A stretch of 64,000 nt of DNA from Phoronis australis (GCA_002633005.1 NMRA01000235.1:386964-450963), one strand, 5' to 3'; positions 24,430 to 38,771 are shown, counted from the stretch's first letter. Program-made: numbers and translations. Notes: generated by a model from the sequence alone, not told the origin.

Positions 24430-26303
24430 AGGAGCATGCCACCCAAAAAACAACCTAATTTTATCAATTTAGATCGAGTAGTTCTACTCAATAACGGCAC
24501 GTACGGTTGCGTTTCCTGACACCTGACGGCAGACGGAGATGTTGAAATTATCCAATGACGTCATTGATTTCACACGCCGTCTGTTGAGCAGTTCACAACA
24601 CGGATTACTGGTGTCAGTTTATCACTTTAAGTCATCGTTTAACACCAATAAATCATCAAACTTCGATGTACAACCGTTAAAAATAGACCGAATTCTTATA
24701 AAAACGTATTGTTTTATTTTTCTGTTACGGATTTATTGGTATTTGAACACACCGTAGCTTACAAAGTTCGGCTGGCAGATGGGGTCTTTTTGGAGATAAA
24801 TTCGAAGTATTTTTCCGTCAGATACAGACAAGAAAACCTATATCTGTGTTGTTTAGACTTGTGATTTTTTGAGTTCTAAACACACACAACGCTTGTTATC
24901 TCGGCCAGTGGCTCGGAACCTGATCAGGCCCGTCGCGGCTGAAGACATCACGGACATAAACCAGCCAAAGTTGGAAACTAAACTTCGAGTCAAGAAAATA
25001 CTATACTAGTGAGCCAAAGAAGTAATGTGCACGTAATTATGTTGGTGAATTATCCACGAAACTGCAACTGAAATCTACTTACTCGTCGGGGGCCGTGAAT
25101 TCAGGTCCCGCTTTGGCCACAGAACCGTCAGGACAGAAATTGTACATTGACTATCATTATTTGAATACTGTAAATGTAAATAAAGATTTCCCTAACACCT
25201 GGCCGTGGGATGGAAATCGAGTTGTTTCACAACAGTTTCTGCCTGCATACACTGAATTAGCATGAGCTCACATGGCTTCGGTGTCCGGTCAATTAGTTCT
25301 TTTGCACATAAAGTCGGTAACGCAGTGATTTATTCATTGCTGGCTTCTCATTTGCACTCACGAACACTCCAAAGGCACTAAAATTGCATCTAATGAGACT
25401 GACTTTGTTGATCAGGTTTATATAAGTATTGGTTATGGTGAGAATAACTCATTTTGAAACAGAACGCTCTGTAATAAACGTCAACATTGGAACTCGCAAT
25501 CCCGACTTAGACAAGAGCTTATCCGACGACTAGACTTCGCAGGTGGATCGTTAAGTTTCACAGGCTATCAGTTCGAACCGGAATCATGCGCGCACTCAGG
25601 GGAGGGGGACTCAGAGGGCTCAAATGAGCCCCCTTTGGCAAAGTGGGCAAAAAGGTCCGCCCCGAGAGACCAAAAAGTCCGAGAAAATGGAACAATAGTT
25701 AAGTAAATAAGCCAAACGAGCAAATCACACAGTTGTGCTCTTTTTTTCGGTTCGCACGCTCTTTTGTTAGCAAAAAGGACACCACGCCGGAAATTCGAGC
25801 CCCCCCAAATTGAAGGCTGGGTGGGCGCATGGGAATATAGTGATGAAAAAATACTAGAGAGGCGCCGTGAACAAGCTCAGGCAACGTAGCGTATGAATAG
25901 CTATTCGGTAAGCCAGCAATCGTCAGAGTCACTGTCGACGACTGCAGGTCACAGACACGGAGACGTTTCACGGCCTCATACTTGCTATTTAGAGCATACT
26001 TTTCATTGTTCACTATCGCGAGCTACTTCTTAAGCATTTTGGGCTCTGGAGAAAGTAGAAAAAAACGATATATCCGCTTTCCTCGCAGCTGTATAGTTCA
26101 GACAAGCGGGAACGGTGCACCGCAACATAGCAGAATTCACTCTGCAATTGAACCACTGAAGTCGCTGCGTCGTTTCTCACCTTCCTCACAGTTTAACGCG
26201 ACACCTCTCGGCAAGATAAAGGAGTCGACCGTATGCGAGGCGATGTGGATATAGACCGATTAAGACAGTAAAAAAGACTAATTAAATTGGGTGGCATTCT
26301 CTT
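24430..26303 (-). mobile_element. Kolobok-like DNA transposon (TTAA TSD) with a decayed THAP domain
   Basis: TTAA|AGGAGCATGCCACCC ... GGGTGGCATTCTCTT|TTAA (13/15 TIR match). The minus strand from 26128 reads MLRCTVPACLN...ISFF..(frameshift)..PKMLKK*LAIVN...RLRVCDL, a THAP C2CH relic. Confidence 0.8.
25585..25831. mobile_element. Nested MITE, CATGCGCGCACTCAG...CTGGGTGGGCGCATG, 5-bp TSD GGAAT
   Basis: TIRs and a perfect GGAAT duplication are visible. Confidence 0.8.
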
Positions 26304-29300
26304 TTAAACGGCCTTCATTAATTTTTGCGAACACGTTTGATGGTGATCAAATCAGACGACGTCAATTTTTGAATATTTTGACTACTGCAGGTCTCCTAGA
26401 GGCAGTTTCTAAAACCAGATTTCTTAAGTGAAATTTCATTAAATTTGGCCGAAGCGTTTCCACGCATGTTTAAGAACGAGTTTAACCTGTGCTGCCACAC
26501 CAGTGACAGTTTAACCTGTGCCAACAACTGGAAAGTACTTTAAGATAGTTAAACTCAAAGTTTGAGGCTACATGCAACGGTCACGGGAGTTCGTATTTCG
26601 ATGGAACACACGTTCAAGAGTAATTATAAGATTTGACATTTTGGGCCATCGTTGTTTCAGAACTGGGCATTTAAGTTGTTTACCACACCACGTCACGTTC
26701 AGTCGCCAAGGCACATTGAAGTAATGACGTCATTGCAACCAACGAATCAGACTTTGAAACAAAAAGGCTCATGTTTTGAATACCAGAATGCAACTTGTAG
26801 CGGATTTAAACTGAGTGGGAAATGTAAGTTCTGAGACTCAATAAAAAGAAGATGGTGACAAGGGTAAGGTACATGTACATGGTAACAACGCCCGGATACT
26901 GATGATCCTAAGTACATGTACGTCACTTATTGGACATTATGACAATAGCCTATAAACTAACAACCACGTAAGGTTACTGGAAAGACAGACAACGCAAAAA
27001 CGAAAACAAATTTTACCATTTGTCTAGCAATATAGATCTAATAACTGTTGATGGCTATTGCAATGTTACCTATGCATACTGGAGTCGCGACTCTGAATCG
27101 AGCCCGCGGTAACCCGGTTGTCTGTACCAAGTGCTAATCATCAGTTCCTGCAGGAACATGAAGCTCCAGCACAAAACGGGTTTATTTGGTGCTGTTTCAT
27201 CAAGCTGAAACAAGGTTCACACAGCCACTGTTATCTGTAAACAATGCAAAAAAAAAAACATTGATAGACAATGGGACGTGCGAGGCGAGTGTCGGGTCGT
27301 ATCCTCGACATGTCGATATTTGTTTCGACGACGAGGTGACGAGTACTACGACCACTGAAGTGTGAAATTAAGCGGTCTGTTAAAGTTAGGAAACAGCGAG
27401 TCCTAGTCAGTATAACACTGAATCGCAAACAACGTTGGAATTTTGTGCGGTAAAATTTAATGTCACCAGGAAGAGATAAAGTGACACTGAATAGTTAGGC
27501 TGCGGCCGCGGCCAATTTGCACCCCCAAAATATTGAAATTTTGGGGTAGGCCAAGTTTGGGGGCATTTTGTAGGTGGGCATTGCACGTACATGTAGGCTC
27601 AGTGAATGTGGTTTGTTTGTATTTGTGAACATGCTGTGAACAAAAAAGGCCACTTTCTTGGCTATAGCTGCACTCTTCTTCAAGATGGCGGCCCCGGCTG
27701 CAATTGTGCATTGTTGGGTAGCGACCGAGAAATTGGCTGTGATTTTAGGTAGCCCTCAAACAAGCAAGAATTGCCAAAAAATAGCTGGTTGACAGTACTT
27801 TTGGACCACATTTTCGGAATCGGTAGGAAATTTGCTTTCAGACACTAATGTCGGCTTTAGTTGTGCATCGGCAGGGAAGTGGGTGAAAAGTGCCGATTTT
27901 GCATTTTTTGCCCTTATTTTTCTTGTCTAGCTTGGTTTTCAGTGGGAATGAAATGGTCAAAAATACAAGAAAGAATAAAGTTCCTGTGCTCATCTGCTGG
28001 GCTTTTTATGTGAAATAATTTAAAACATGCCTTTCGTTGCATCCTGTTTTTGACAGAGTGAAGAAAAGGTGACAAATCAAGTGATGTGTGTTTTGCTGGG
28101 CAAAACCCAGTGAGAACTGTTCTGTGCCTCCTAATCACTGCTGAATATCTCCTCCTGACGTCACACGTATCACACTTGCACTGCACATCTAACATTGACT
28201 CAAACACTCCGATATTGCGACCGTATGAAGAAATGTACTTGCAAAAATGCCACATTGAATTTACACATATCTTCTTGGATAGCAAACGCTTCAAACATTA
28301 CATTTTGTTCTTTCGGAGTTTTGAGGCTTTACTATTTGCTTCACACTCCGTCATTTTCCATTTTTCAGCTAGCGGTGCATGGACTACGGTATGTATTCCA
28401 TTGACTCAATGGCTTGTGTTCTGTTGATATGACGTTATTAGTGTAAAACTCTGTGAGCATAAGATGAGTATTCGTTCAGACGCACTGATATCAGGTAAGA
28501 CCGTTCTTGTTTCCATGAATACCTCAGAATTTTTGTAAATACCATCACTGTATTTCCCCCACACTGGGTATTCCTGCTGATTTATGGCCGCATTCAGCTG
28601 ATGCATTCACTAAGCTGTATTTGATTGACCGTAATACTGGCTGGCTGGCTAACTACGAAGATAAAAATCTTAGCTTCAATTTATTGCAGTTAAATTCTTT
28701 AATTCCAATAGAATTACTAATTGTCGCTACTTTTGACCTTCGCTGCCACGGCTGGCAAGCGAATTCGACATCCGGGGGATAAAAACAGACGTTGTGAATG
28801 ACATTTAATTATGTGTCCTTTAAAAACCCTGCAATATTTACATAATGGCTACTTTAAGTAATTATCAAGCACTATTTGTTAGTTAGCTTTCGTACTCATA
28901 AAACAAGTGTTCATACAAATTATTCATGTCGTAAATCACCCCGACCTTGGTTGGCCATCGAAGCCGAGACTCTAGAAATGTAATAGAACCAACCCCACTG
29001 CATTTACGTACAGGTGATATTAATTTATTAGAATGCACTGTTTCATTCATTAACTCTCTGATTTAACAGAAATCTACTTTTTGTTGCCCGGTTCCCACGG
29101 AGAGCGTTGAAAAAATAGTTCGCCATTCAACCTCATTCATGATTGCGCACTCCTAGCTCATGGTCAATACTAAACCCCGGGCTAGTGCACTCGCTCGGTT
29201 TTTGCGATGTCATTTTGACGTTGTAAAAACAGTTAAAGTGTAAAATGCCAATTTATAAACGATGAAAATAATTAGGTCAGATTTAAGTAGCTCTCTAATT

Positions 29301-29779
29301 ACTAAGTATTTCAAAATTTGTATCCTTGATATTGATCTGATCTATCTCAATCCTTCTGAACTCTCAGGGAGAATACAACGTGTGGAATTATTGTTACCAA
29401 ACATTTAATAATCCGAGCACATAATTCTGTAATAAAACTAAATTGAGAAATAGCCCCCCGAGATTACCTGAATTCAAAAAGTCCAAGAAGTGCAAAAATT
29501 CCAAAAATGTAACGAGACTGAATTTCTATTCAAAGGCGAGGCTCCAAATCGCGTCACAAGAGTGGCGAATACATCATCACTGAGAAGATGAATTTTTATC
29601 ACGTGATATAATTATGAAAGTTGAACACAAATCAATACAAATTTCAAAACGTGCATGTTCTAGAAATAGATATCAGGAACAGTTATTAATAGACCAAATA
29701 CCTAAATGTGAACCACACAAGTCGAAAAAGAGTCAAATTGCAGTGTGGATTCAAGAAATGAAAATTAAGTTTAGAAATT

Positions 29780-30170
29780 TACAAACCCAGATACTACTGT
29801 TAGAAGTAATGCCCCGTGGATGGAAGAAGGGGAAACAAATTCAAAATATTTTTTAAAACTTGGAAAACGTAACCAGGGTAAAACATATTATATTAATAAA
29901 TGACATAATATCTTATTATACAAAGAACTATCTTCATGAAAAAGTCATATTCTTAATTTTAGGAAAGCATACATATACAGTATGTCAGTTTAAAGTGCTT
30001 CTGTATTCAGAAAACCCTTGTTGCCTTTACAATTGGTCCTAAATATATTCAACGGATAAAAACAATATATGCAATCATGTTGTGGCTCAAATTGTGTTCA
30101 AGACAACGAAATTACTTGTGTTTATTTCAATGTCAAGAGAGGCTTTCGTCATGGGGACACCTTGAGTAGT
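29780..30170 (+). mobile_element. L1/Tx1-type LINE ORF2 remnant
   Basis: SNAPWMEEGETNSKYFLKLGKRN and CVQDNEITCVYFNVKRGFRHGDTLS, compared with the Tx1-type motifs WxEEGEKNTKYF and RGVRQGDPLS. Confidence 0.7.
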
Positions 30171-31429
30171 GCAGTGGTGATGCTACACGCAGCGTTGTGT
30201 TTTACATGCTGTAAATGGTCGACACCTGCGACGGGTAGATGCTCAGATGTTTTGTTTTGAATTTCGAATATTTGAACAGAAAACCCCAGAAGCAGGGGTA
30301 AAAGGAGAGTTGAATAAATTAAAAATACATTCCAATTTATTATTGTGGTCGTAAATTACAAGCAGTGATGACGGAAAAGAATTTACATAAAAATATTGTA
30401 GAACTTTCAAAATTTTCGGAAAAACCAGGGAACTTACAATAAGCCACTAATTGTGATTGAGAACTTGAGTCTAGAGAAGGTTTCAGAGCCCAGACAGCCC
30501 GCTCAAAGTTGAGACTATTAGTGTGCGGCTTTTTGTATACCAAAAGAATGCGCGTAAGGACGAGTCTAATATGTTGGCGACGTAATGGAACACGCGTACA
30601 AGTAGAGTCAATAATAGGAAATCAATCCACTACAAACATGTGTGACGTCATCATCGGTATTGTATTTTAGACGCACGCGTGTTGCGTTCAGTAAAGAAAA
30701 AATAAATCAAGACAGCAGGTAGGTTTGAAAAAATTCCATCCAGCTATCATTAACACAGCTCTGAATCCAAGCATGGTTGTACGTCTATAGGTTGAAATGT
30801 AGACTTAAATGTTACATGTACATGCAATACCGTCAATGAACTTTAAACAGGCCTACTATTCTATACACCTCGAACGCACAGTCGCATCAAGAATTTCATT
30901 TGTAGAAACGAAAGCCAAGTATACGAATGGTTCTTTTTTCCAGGCAGTCCCAAATAGGACCCTTGTAGTTGATACTCCAATTTTAAAACGGGTTTTAAAA
31001 GTTTCCTTTTTTTCAAAACCAAACACCATTTGAATACTCCAGTGTTTTCAATGCCTCGACGTCTGACTTGTGTGACTTAATTTAGATTTTGATGAGTTAT
31101 TGTCACGAAAAAGTGGCAATAAAACAAAATACAACAAACTTGAAAAAAATACTAAAATAAAATGCCATGGAGAGTAAAATATTACAGAGGTTTCGCAAAG
31201 CAACGTGATACTTGAGGTCAATCGGCATGCGCACATGATATTGTGCGCGTGCCGATTCATTTTATAGTAATACAATTAGATTAGCAGCAGCTTTATGAAA
31301 CGTGATACTAAACGTGAACTGAATAAGTGAGCTCTGGGTGTCCAGTTATAGTAATGTTTGTCATCTGGATAAAAATAAATGTTGAATGTGGAAAGAAAAC
31401 TCGTTTCTACGAACTTTTGCGAAAAACGG

Positions 31430-32406
31430 CCAACCCTTAGAACTCTTGGAACTTTGGGGAGATCATTTTTGTAGTGTATTGAACAACCCCGCGCCCTTCG
31501 ATCCCCCCAATCCAGAAGAAGCAGTAGACTATTTAGACATATAGACCTCCAAGGCCAGTAGAGCTGAAATACAAAGCGCCATTAAAGTTATGAAAACTGG
31601 AAAGGCACCGGGCCTGGACAACATACCACCAGAAGCTATTCGCGATGGAGGCCACCTCTCAGTCACCATCCTACACAACCTTCTGAACAAGATAGAGAGT
31701 GATGAAGCCCTACCCGAGGACTGGAAGAAAGGACTTTTAATAAAGTTGCCAAAGAAAGGAAACCTTTAATCACTAAGACTTGGCGAGATATGACTCTCCT
31801 CTCTATTCCTAGCAAAATCTTCACTAGGGTCCCGTTAACCAGAATTAAAGACGCCTCAGACACCAGACTTCGGGATGAACAGGTAGAATTTCGTCAAGAG
31901 CGCTCATGTAGAGACCAGATTGCAACTCTCTCGGAATCATGTTCGAACAATCAATTGAGTGGAATTACTTCCTCTACATGGATTTTATAGACTTTCCTAA
32001 GGCTTTTGATAGTATTGATCAAAACGCTACCTGGAAGATTCAAAGGCACTATGGTATACCCGTGGAACTTGTCACACTAATTACAAAACTTCATGAACAT
32101 TTACATGGCAGGTGTTGCATGAAGGACAGCTGACTCAACCGTTCCCTGTTAATTCAGGAGTCAGAAAAGAGTACCTTCTCTCTCCTTCGCTGTTCCTAGT
32201 ATTACTGGACTGGGTTACCAGAGTTGTTTTTTTCGGGACATGCAGCAGGAATCCAATGGAATTTACGAAACTATTAAATGACCTGAAGTAAGCAGATGAC
32301 TTATGTCTTCTGTCACACCGCTTCCAAGATTTATGGACAGCCACACTGTCAGAGACTGCTCAACGAGTAGGTCTGTCCATCAACACGGAGTGGACTAAGT
32401 CACTGC

Positions 32407-32446
<40 letters not shown>

Positions 32447-33045
32447 GCAGTGACTTATATATATATACATATATAAACTAGATAATGTTTTACTGGACGG
32501 TGAAGAGATTGAAAATGTCTCAGAATTCACTTCTCTGTGGAGTGTCGTTCGCACAAGTGGGAGAATTGTAAAGGCCATTAATAGCACGCATCAAGAAAAC
32601 TCGTCAAGCACACGCTATGCTAAAGCATGTATGACGCTCAAAGACATAATCACTCAGGTCAAAGTTAAGAATCTTCAACTTTAATGTGATGTCTGTTCTT
32701 CTTTACGGTCCAGAGACGTGGGGACTAACAACAACAATGGATAACAGAGTCCAGGTCTTTGTAAACAGGTGAAGAGATTTGGCGAAAAACTCGGCATCAG
32801 GGGTAAAGCGGTGGAAATGGACACACCCTCAGGAAACCTGACGAAAGCATCACAAAACAAGCCCTGTCCTGGAACCCGCAGGGAAGTTGTCGACGAGGCA
32901 GAGCAATCCAAACGTGGAGGAGAACAATGGAAGCGGAACTTCGTGAAACCGGATACAACATGCAGCAAATAAGACAGATAGCGAACAACAGGATTCGATG
33001 GCGTTCGGTCATAGAACCTTATCCTCCACAGGGTGGTGAGGTTTT
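31430..33045 (+). mobile_element. RTE-clade LINE, 5'-truncated and decayed RT
   Basis: GKAPGLDNIPPE, DWKKGLLIKLPKKG, TLLSIPSKIF, LRDEQ.EFRQERSCRDQI, FIDFPKAFDSID, a YADD-like motif broken by a stop (taa gca gat gac) and SVLLYGPETW. Confidence 0.92.
32396..32457. repeat. Perfect 62-bp palindrome TAAGTCACTGCG(TA)19CGCAGTGACTTA
   Basis: Read directly from the sequence. Confidence 0.9.
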
Positions 33046-36000
33046 AAGCTTGAACATGTTTTGCGTTTAAAACAGCAATGAGAACATAATTAATTACTGA
33101 ACATGCATAGTATAGGAACAGGTGGATAAAAATTGGCAACATTTCATTACCAGCAATATTGAAACCGTGAACTGCGCATGCGCGAAAATCACTCGGTTAG
33201 CCCCCTTCAGGATACATGGCATTCGCAGAAAACACAGCGTGAGGGTCTTATTTGTGAATGAATCACATTTGCCGATAGCACATAACATAGATAAGTATTT
33301 TGTTAAAGACGTGGCCAAGTTTCAGCAAAATTGGAAAAAAAAATATGTTTAACATGGTATGGCCAAAGTTTTGGCTTATTTTGTCGCTTCGATCAGTGGA
33401 ATCGCCGCTAAAAACCCGAAAGTGCATGTGAGAAAACGATAATTTTCGACCAAACTTTTCATGTGCGGTTAGTTGCCGATAGACCCAACAGATGTCAGTA
33501 TAATCAAGATTGAAATGTAGGAGTTTGAAGAAAATTGAACAAAATTTTGTATTTAACATGGGGTCGCCAAAAAATGCCAACTTTGGCCTTTTGATATCAG
33601 TTTATCATCATAGACTACCATTAGTGGGTCTAGTTAATTCGAAGTTTTTGGTTAAATCACTGATAATATTCACACCTGTATAGTAATAAACGTTTTCTCT
33701 ATATATAGCAGTTTGATTCCAATGCTATAAGTAGTGCGTACACGGGGGAATTGGCCCTTGACCGGCCCGGCCCATAGTAGTATAGGAGCTAAAATTCAGC
33801 TCTAAACCAAAGTAGCAGTGTGCGGAAAACTCACCTGGGATGTTTACGATCCACTTCAGGGAAAAAACCTCGTTGTACCTAACAATAATTTGTTTCCGAG
33901 TACTTCGGGCATGGTTTAAAATTGAAAGGGGTCATTACAAGTTGAATTTATGAGAATTGTATTGTCGCATTGCGAACTGAAAACTAATTGAGGTAGTGCG
34001 AGATAAGGCAACGAGTAAGGACAGCTTTGATTTGCTTACGAGTGGTGGCTCATGATATTGGCCAGACATCTGTAATAATATGTTTTGTCTTTCCTTTTTA
34101 ACGGAATATATTTGAACTTTGGTAATTTTGGGCTACAAAATGTAGACCAACCTTTCTGGTGCTTCTCTCCAGTGAGACACGCGGACAGTGAAGCGCTAAC
34201 TGGTCCATAAGCGATGACCTAGTTTACGCAGAGAACCTGGCGGATGACCTAGTTTACGAATTGCTGGTAATGTGCAATCTCGAAAGTAATTTCGGTTAAA
34301 TTCGACTACGTATTTCAAATTGAACAAATGGCAATTTACAGGTTACATGCATTCAAAATGGCGGAGACTCCGGCAGGACGCATTGGTTCCAATCTGACAA
34401 ATCAAGATCAAATCAAGAATAAAAGGCAGACAATATATTAGCCTCGGTATAAAGTTGTTTAAATGACATAAGAAGGTTTGCCATTTTCATGCATATTGCT
34501 AGATAAGCTGTATAGTAGTATCAGCTTTTGCAACAAATTTCGCCGGTTAACCACATATTGAATGATCTGAAATGTTTAGGTTATCCTGTAAAAATCCGTG
34601 GCTAAGCGAATTGAAAGTGATATCTTGGTAGTCATATCGATTGCATCTCCCGTTCGTAGTATTTAACATACGCCTTAAATCGTGGAGTTTCCAAACTTCA
34701 TATTAAGAACTACATTTAGTTCTCTGTGTCACTCACAGTTAAACTTGACCTGAAATCATACATTTTGTCAAGACTAGGTAAGCGTTAATTTGAGCCTTTA
34801 GGTAATTCAACCCATCTCGACTTTAGCAACGCCAAACCTTGCAAGCTTTTAAATGTGAACAGCGTTAGATGAAGTATGTATTTCATCAACAACTAACCAC
34901 ATTTTGCATCGACAATTCCCACAAACAACATGCCTATTCTCTGCCACGGACAGTTTGAATCTGCCATTCACTGAAGAGCAGACAAAATGATTACTGTACA
35001 CTGTGCCGGGAACTAAACGATTTCTAACGTTGGTAGGTCTTGCCAAATTTATTCTCCTCATCGCAAAATATAGGGAAATCCAGACGAGCTCACTGCCCGC
35101 TCATCGGTGGAATTGATTAGCTCTGAGAACCATGAACTCGACTAATGTGACAATTTGCAGATGGGGAAACAAACAAGTAACCCAGTCAGTAACAGAGGTG
35201 TGGACTCGAATAATGGGGCACATTTGGAGCGCGATTCTGTGAAAAATTCATCCTTTTGAAAAGCCGTGATCCACACAAACTCACAAACGGCACCATTTCG
35301 GGTAGAAACTGTCGTGAAATTGTTTCTCTTCTTAGCGTCACATCCCGTATGCCTTACGTATGGTGATCCCAGGGTACCTGCTACGATAGGTTTCTCCTGC
35401 CCAGGCATCGATTGGACGTACTCCTAGTAATTGGCTATTGGCATTCGATATTCGACCATGAGTTTTAAAACCTAGCATAGAGGATGAGAGCCGAGCTTTT
35501 ACCATTGTTAACTTATACATTAAATTGCATGTACATTATGAGGTCACCTATAATTGTGTGAAGCTACTAATTCTGATTCAGATTCTACGTATAGCCAATG
35601 CTGTAGTGGTTAAATTAGTGTTAAGTACATGTAGGTGCCCAGAGACTACCATATTTCCTTGAGCACCAAACGTAACTTACGGTGCGTAGGCGCTACGTTC
35701 AAATGCCAAAAGGTGGTTGGCTGCGCGTACGTGCGCCCACGCCACACTACTGCACTGCGTATACATGTAGCTTCAAGTCAAGCTCTAGGTAAGCAAGTTG
35801 CATGAGTACAGCAGAGGCATGTGGAATTCTCCATTATAAATATATGGGTAGAATCAACAATTACATGTATACAAAATGGGGATCGGCGTGCAAACCAGGA
35901 CTGTTTGTTTAGGAGTATGCTGTCGGATAAAATGAGGCGTTTTTTTCTTGGATAACTGAGGTTATGCATCGTCGTCCTATGATCGACCAAGATGTTTGCA

Positions 36001-36331
36001 CTGGTACACCTTGAGACTCTTTACAACTTTCAACAGTTAATCGGTTGCATTTTGGCCCACAATTTAGAAAACGTCATACCCAATCTTGGATTGGAGTAAT
36101 GTGCAGAGACAGTTGCAGATTTTGCACTACTTATGCAGCATCAAATACTTCCCATAGCCATAACTAGGAACTTAAACCATAGTGGAATCATGGACAGACA
36201 GTCACCTCGTGTAGCACCGGTCAACAGTGGGACAGGGTCGGCAGGGTTTACTCTAGCGCTCTCTGTTTTCAGCTATTGGATATAACATTGTTTCATTTTC
36301 TAGTAACAACGACGCCACCACGTCTACAGGG

Positions 36332-36404
36332 ATGGCTGTGTTGATCCACTCGTACGCCGCCTGGTGGACACTGATCGTAGCTATCCTACAACAGTCACCG
36401 ACAG
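36332..36404 (+). CDS. WSC-kringle gene exon 1 (signal peptide)
   Basis: MAVLIHSYAAWWTLIVAILQQSPT, strong donor CAG|gtaagt and acceptor ttttctag at 36303. Splicing to VYG|DS gives a plausible cleavage site. Confidence 0.75.
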
Positions 36405-38729
36405 GTAAGTGCTAAACAAAATTAGACATGGGAAGTCACGATTGGGTGTTCCCAAGTCGATTTATCTGATTAACGCAAACATGATTATATTTTAGATGTC
36501 CATAGTTTAAAATCAACACCAGTCCGTTTGATTTTGCAGAGACAGATAAATACATTCCCGGTTTTACGTTGGTTTCCATTGTTTTCGACAAATATTCCAT
36601 TCACCGAAAGCCTAATTTGTTTGAGTTACTAAAATTTTCCGCATACCCGTGTGTTTTCGCCATTCCACTCGCTAACACTTCAAAGTTTTCAATGAGTTGC
36701 ATTGCGTGTGGCTGCGAGTGACGTCTTTAAACAAAAATTCCAATCAATTCCAGAGAGAGTTTTAAAACCTTTATAGCCATACATGTAATTGCCAATTAAA
36801 AAAAAAAACACGTGTGGACGATGTCGCGTTTTCCCCGTGTGTGGGTGGGCGCAGGTTGTTACAGACCGGTGCTAATAGCTTTCGGTGCGAAGATTGACTG
36901 AAGACTGGTTCGAGTTAATCCTTTGTTAATCCCAACCGTACGTTCACAAGCCTACTCAAACAAAACGTCCGACGTAATGTCTGTTTATGCTCCAGCCAGT
37001 GCTGCGAAGCCTTGACTTGTGATGAACTTCTGAGACACGTTCAGCAACTGTTAACTCTTTGATTCAATAACCTGCTGTCTCTATAGCTGGCTCTCTATTG
37101 ACTATCGCTGTAACTGCTGATTCTCTTCACTGCAACTCAACTGTAGTTCTCCTGATTGACTTACTTGAACTGACTTGATCTTCTCTTGAACTGACGTGAT
37201 CTTCTTGGACTCAACTGAACTAACACAAACCCGTGTTTGGTGTATTTATAGCCTAATGCATTGTTCTGGAACTTTTCATCAATTCAAGCACATTCTAGAA
37301 CTTTCCTGAATCTACCCGACCATTCTACAAACATGTACTAGTCTCAAGAATATTCCAGACTGCATTAATCACTGTCATGTTAGAGTCTTCCAGAAAGTTC
37401 CACACTATACTGTAGTAAACAAATTACATCATCACTGTTCTGACCTCAGTCTTCTAGAAAGTTCCACACTATTTTGTAGTAAACAAATTACATCATCACT
37501 GTACTTAACTCAGGGGTCATGCCAATCAAACAGAATAACAAAACAAAACAATGCAACTAAAAATACTGTCAGACTATATTCCGACAGACGAAGATCATGA
37601 AGATAAATTTGGGTTTTGAAACTTTCGTCTGTGTAAGTATTTGTCTTTAAAATTGAGGAATAAGTATAAAAATAATACATAGTAAGCGAAAACCAAATAC
37701 TGTGAAACAACATAGCCTAGGACAACTCGATTGATCAAAAGACTGGTAAGAATGCGAAAACTCTTTCTAGTTAAATAATATAAGCCATGTCACCTGCAGA
37801 TATAGATCCTATGTTGTCTAGAAAAATGTGCTTACAAAAGTTGTTTTGCCACCAATATAGAATACATCTTGATTAATATTTATCCATGGCAATAAAGTCA
37901 AGTGAGAATACACTCTTTCACTCACTTCTGTTGCTTCCTAATTTTTAGAACGTTTAAATGTTATTATAAATATAGGTACGTTAATTTATACCAAGTACGT
38001 CTTTCTAAAAGCTGCGATTAGTTTAAGAAGACACATATACATGTTGCTAAGCTGTTGATTCTCTAACCACTTGGTTGTGGATGTGACTTCGTAACAATTT
38101 GGATACGATATTTAAAAAATGTCGTAACTAGTTAGTTCAACGCGATTTTTTTCATTGCAGTCTATGGAGATTCACTGGTTTTTCCGACGAAGCTGCCCGG
38201 ATGTTACTCGGATGGCGAAGTGCGTGTACTTGAGTTCGCATACGAGAGTAATGACAACAACCACGCCATGTGTAGACTGAAGTGTGGCGAGAAATTTAAG
38301 GTAAAACCTCAAAAGTGGTGAACCTGTGCTTCTTGTTGTCAGTTATTAGAGACGCAGTGTTTGCATGGTGTAAAACTACCCCATCACTAGGTCACCAAGG
38401 AAAAACACTGTGTAATGATTAGTGAGATGACGTCACGGGGCGTCACTGTTAGTATTGTATTTCAAGTAACGTCTCTCGTAATTTACCAATTTTGACAAAG
38501 AGAGGTTACAACGGTTTTCATTGTTTTAATGATGGTTAAAGACAGGGATGTGGCGACAGATCAGATGAAACGTAGAACTGAGATCTTGCCAAGTTTCGAT
38601 ATTGCGAACGTGGTTATATTGATTGCATACATGTACACTGTACACAATGTATAAACTGTAGTTCGTAGCGTGCATAACGTAAAACTGGTTAATCTGTGTG
38701 TACGTACACGGGGCTTGTGATCTTTTGTT

Positions 38730-38771
<42 letters not shown>

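Noticed and set aside
27681-27692. Perfect YY1 motif CAAGATGGCGGC (and an NRF1-like TGCGCATGCGC near 33173) as a promoter
   Set aside because: No linked exon was identified, and such motifs are common in transposon ends.
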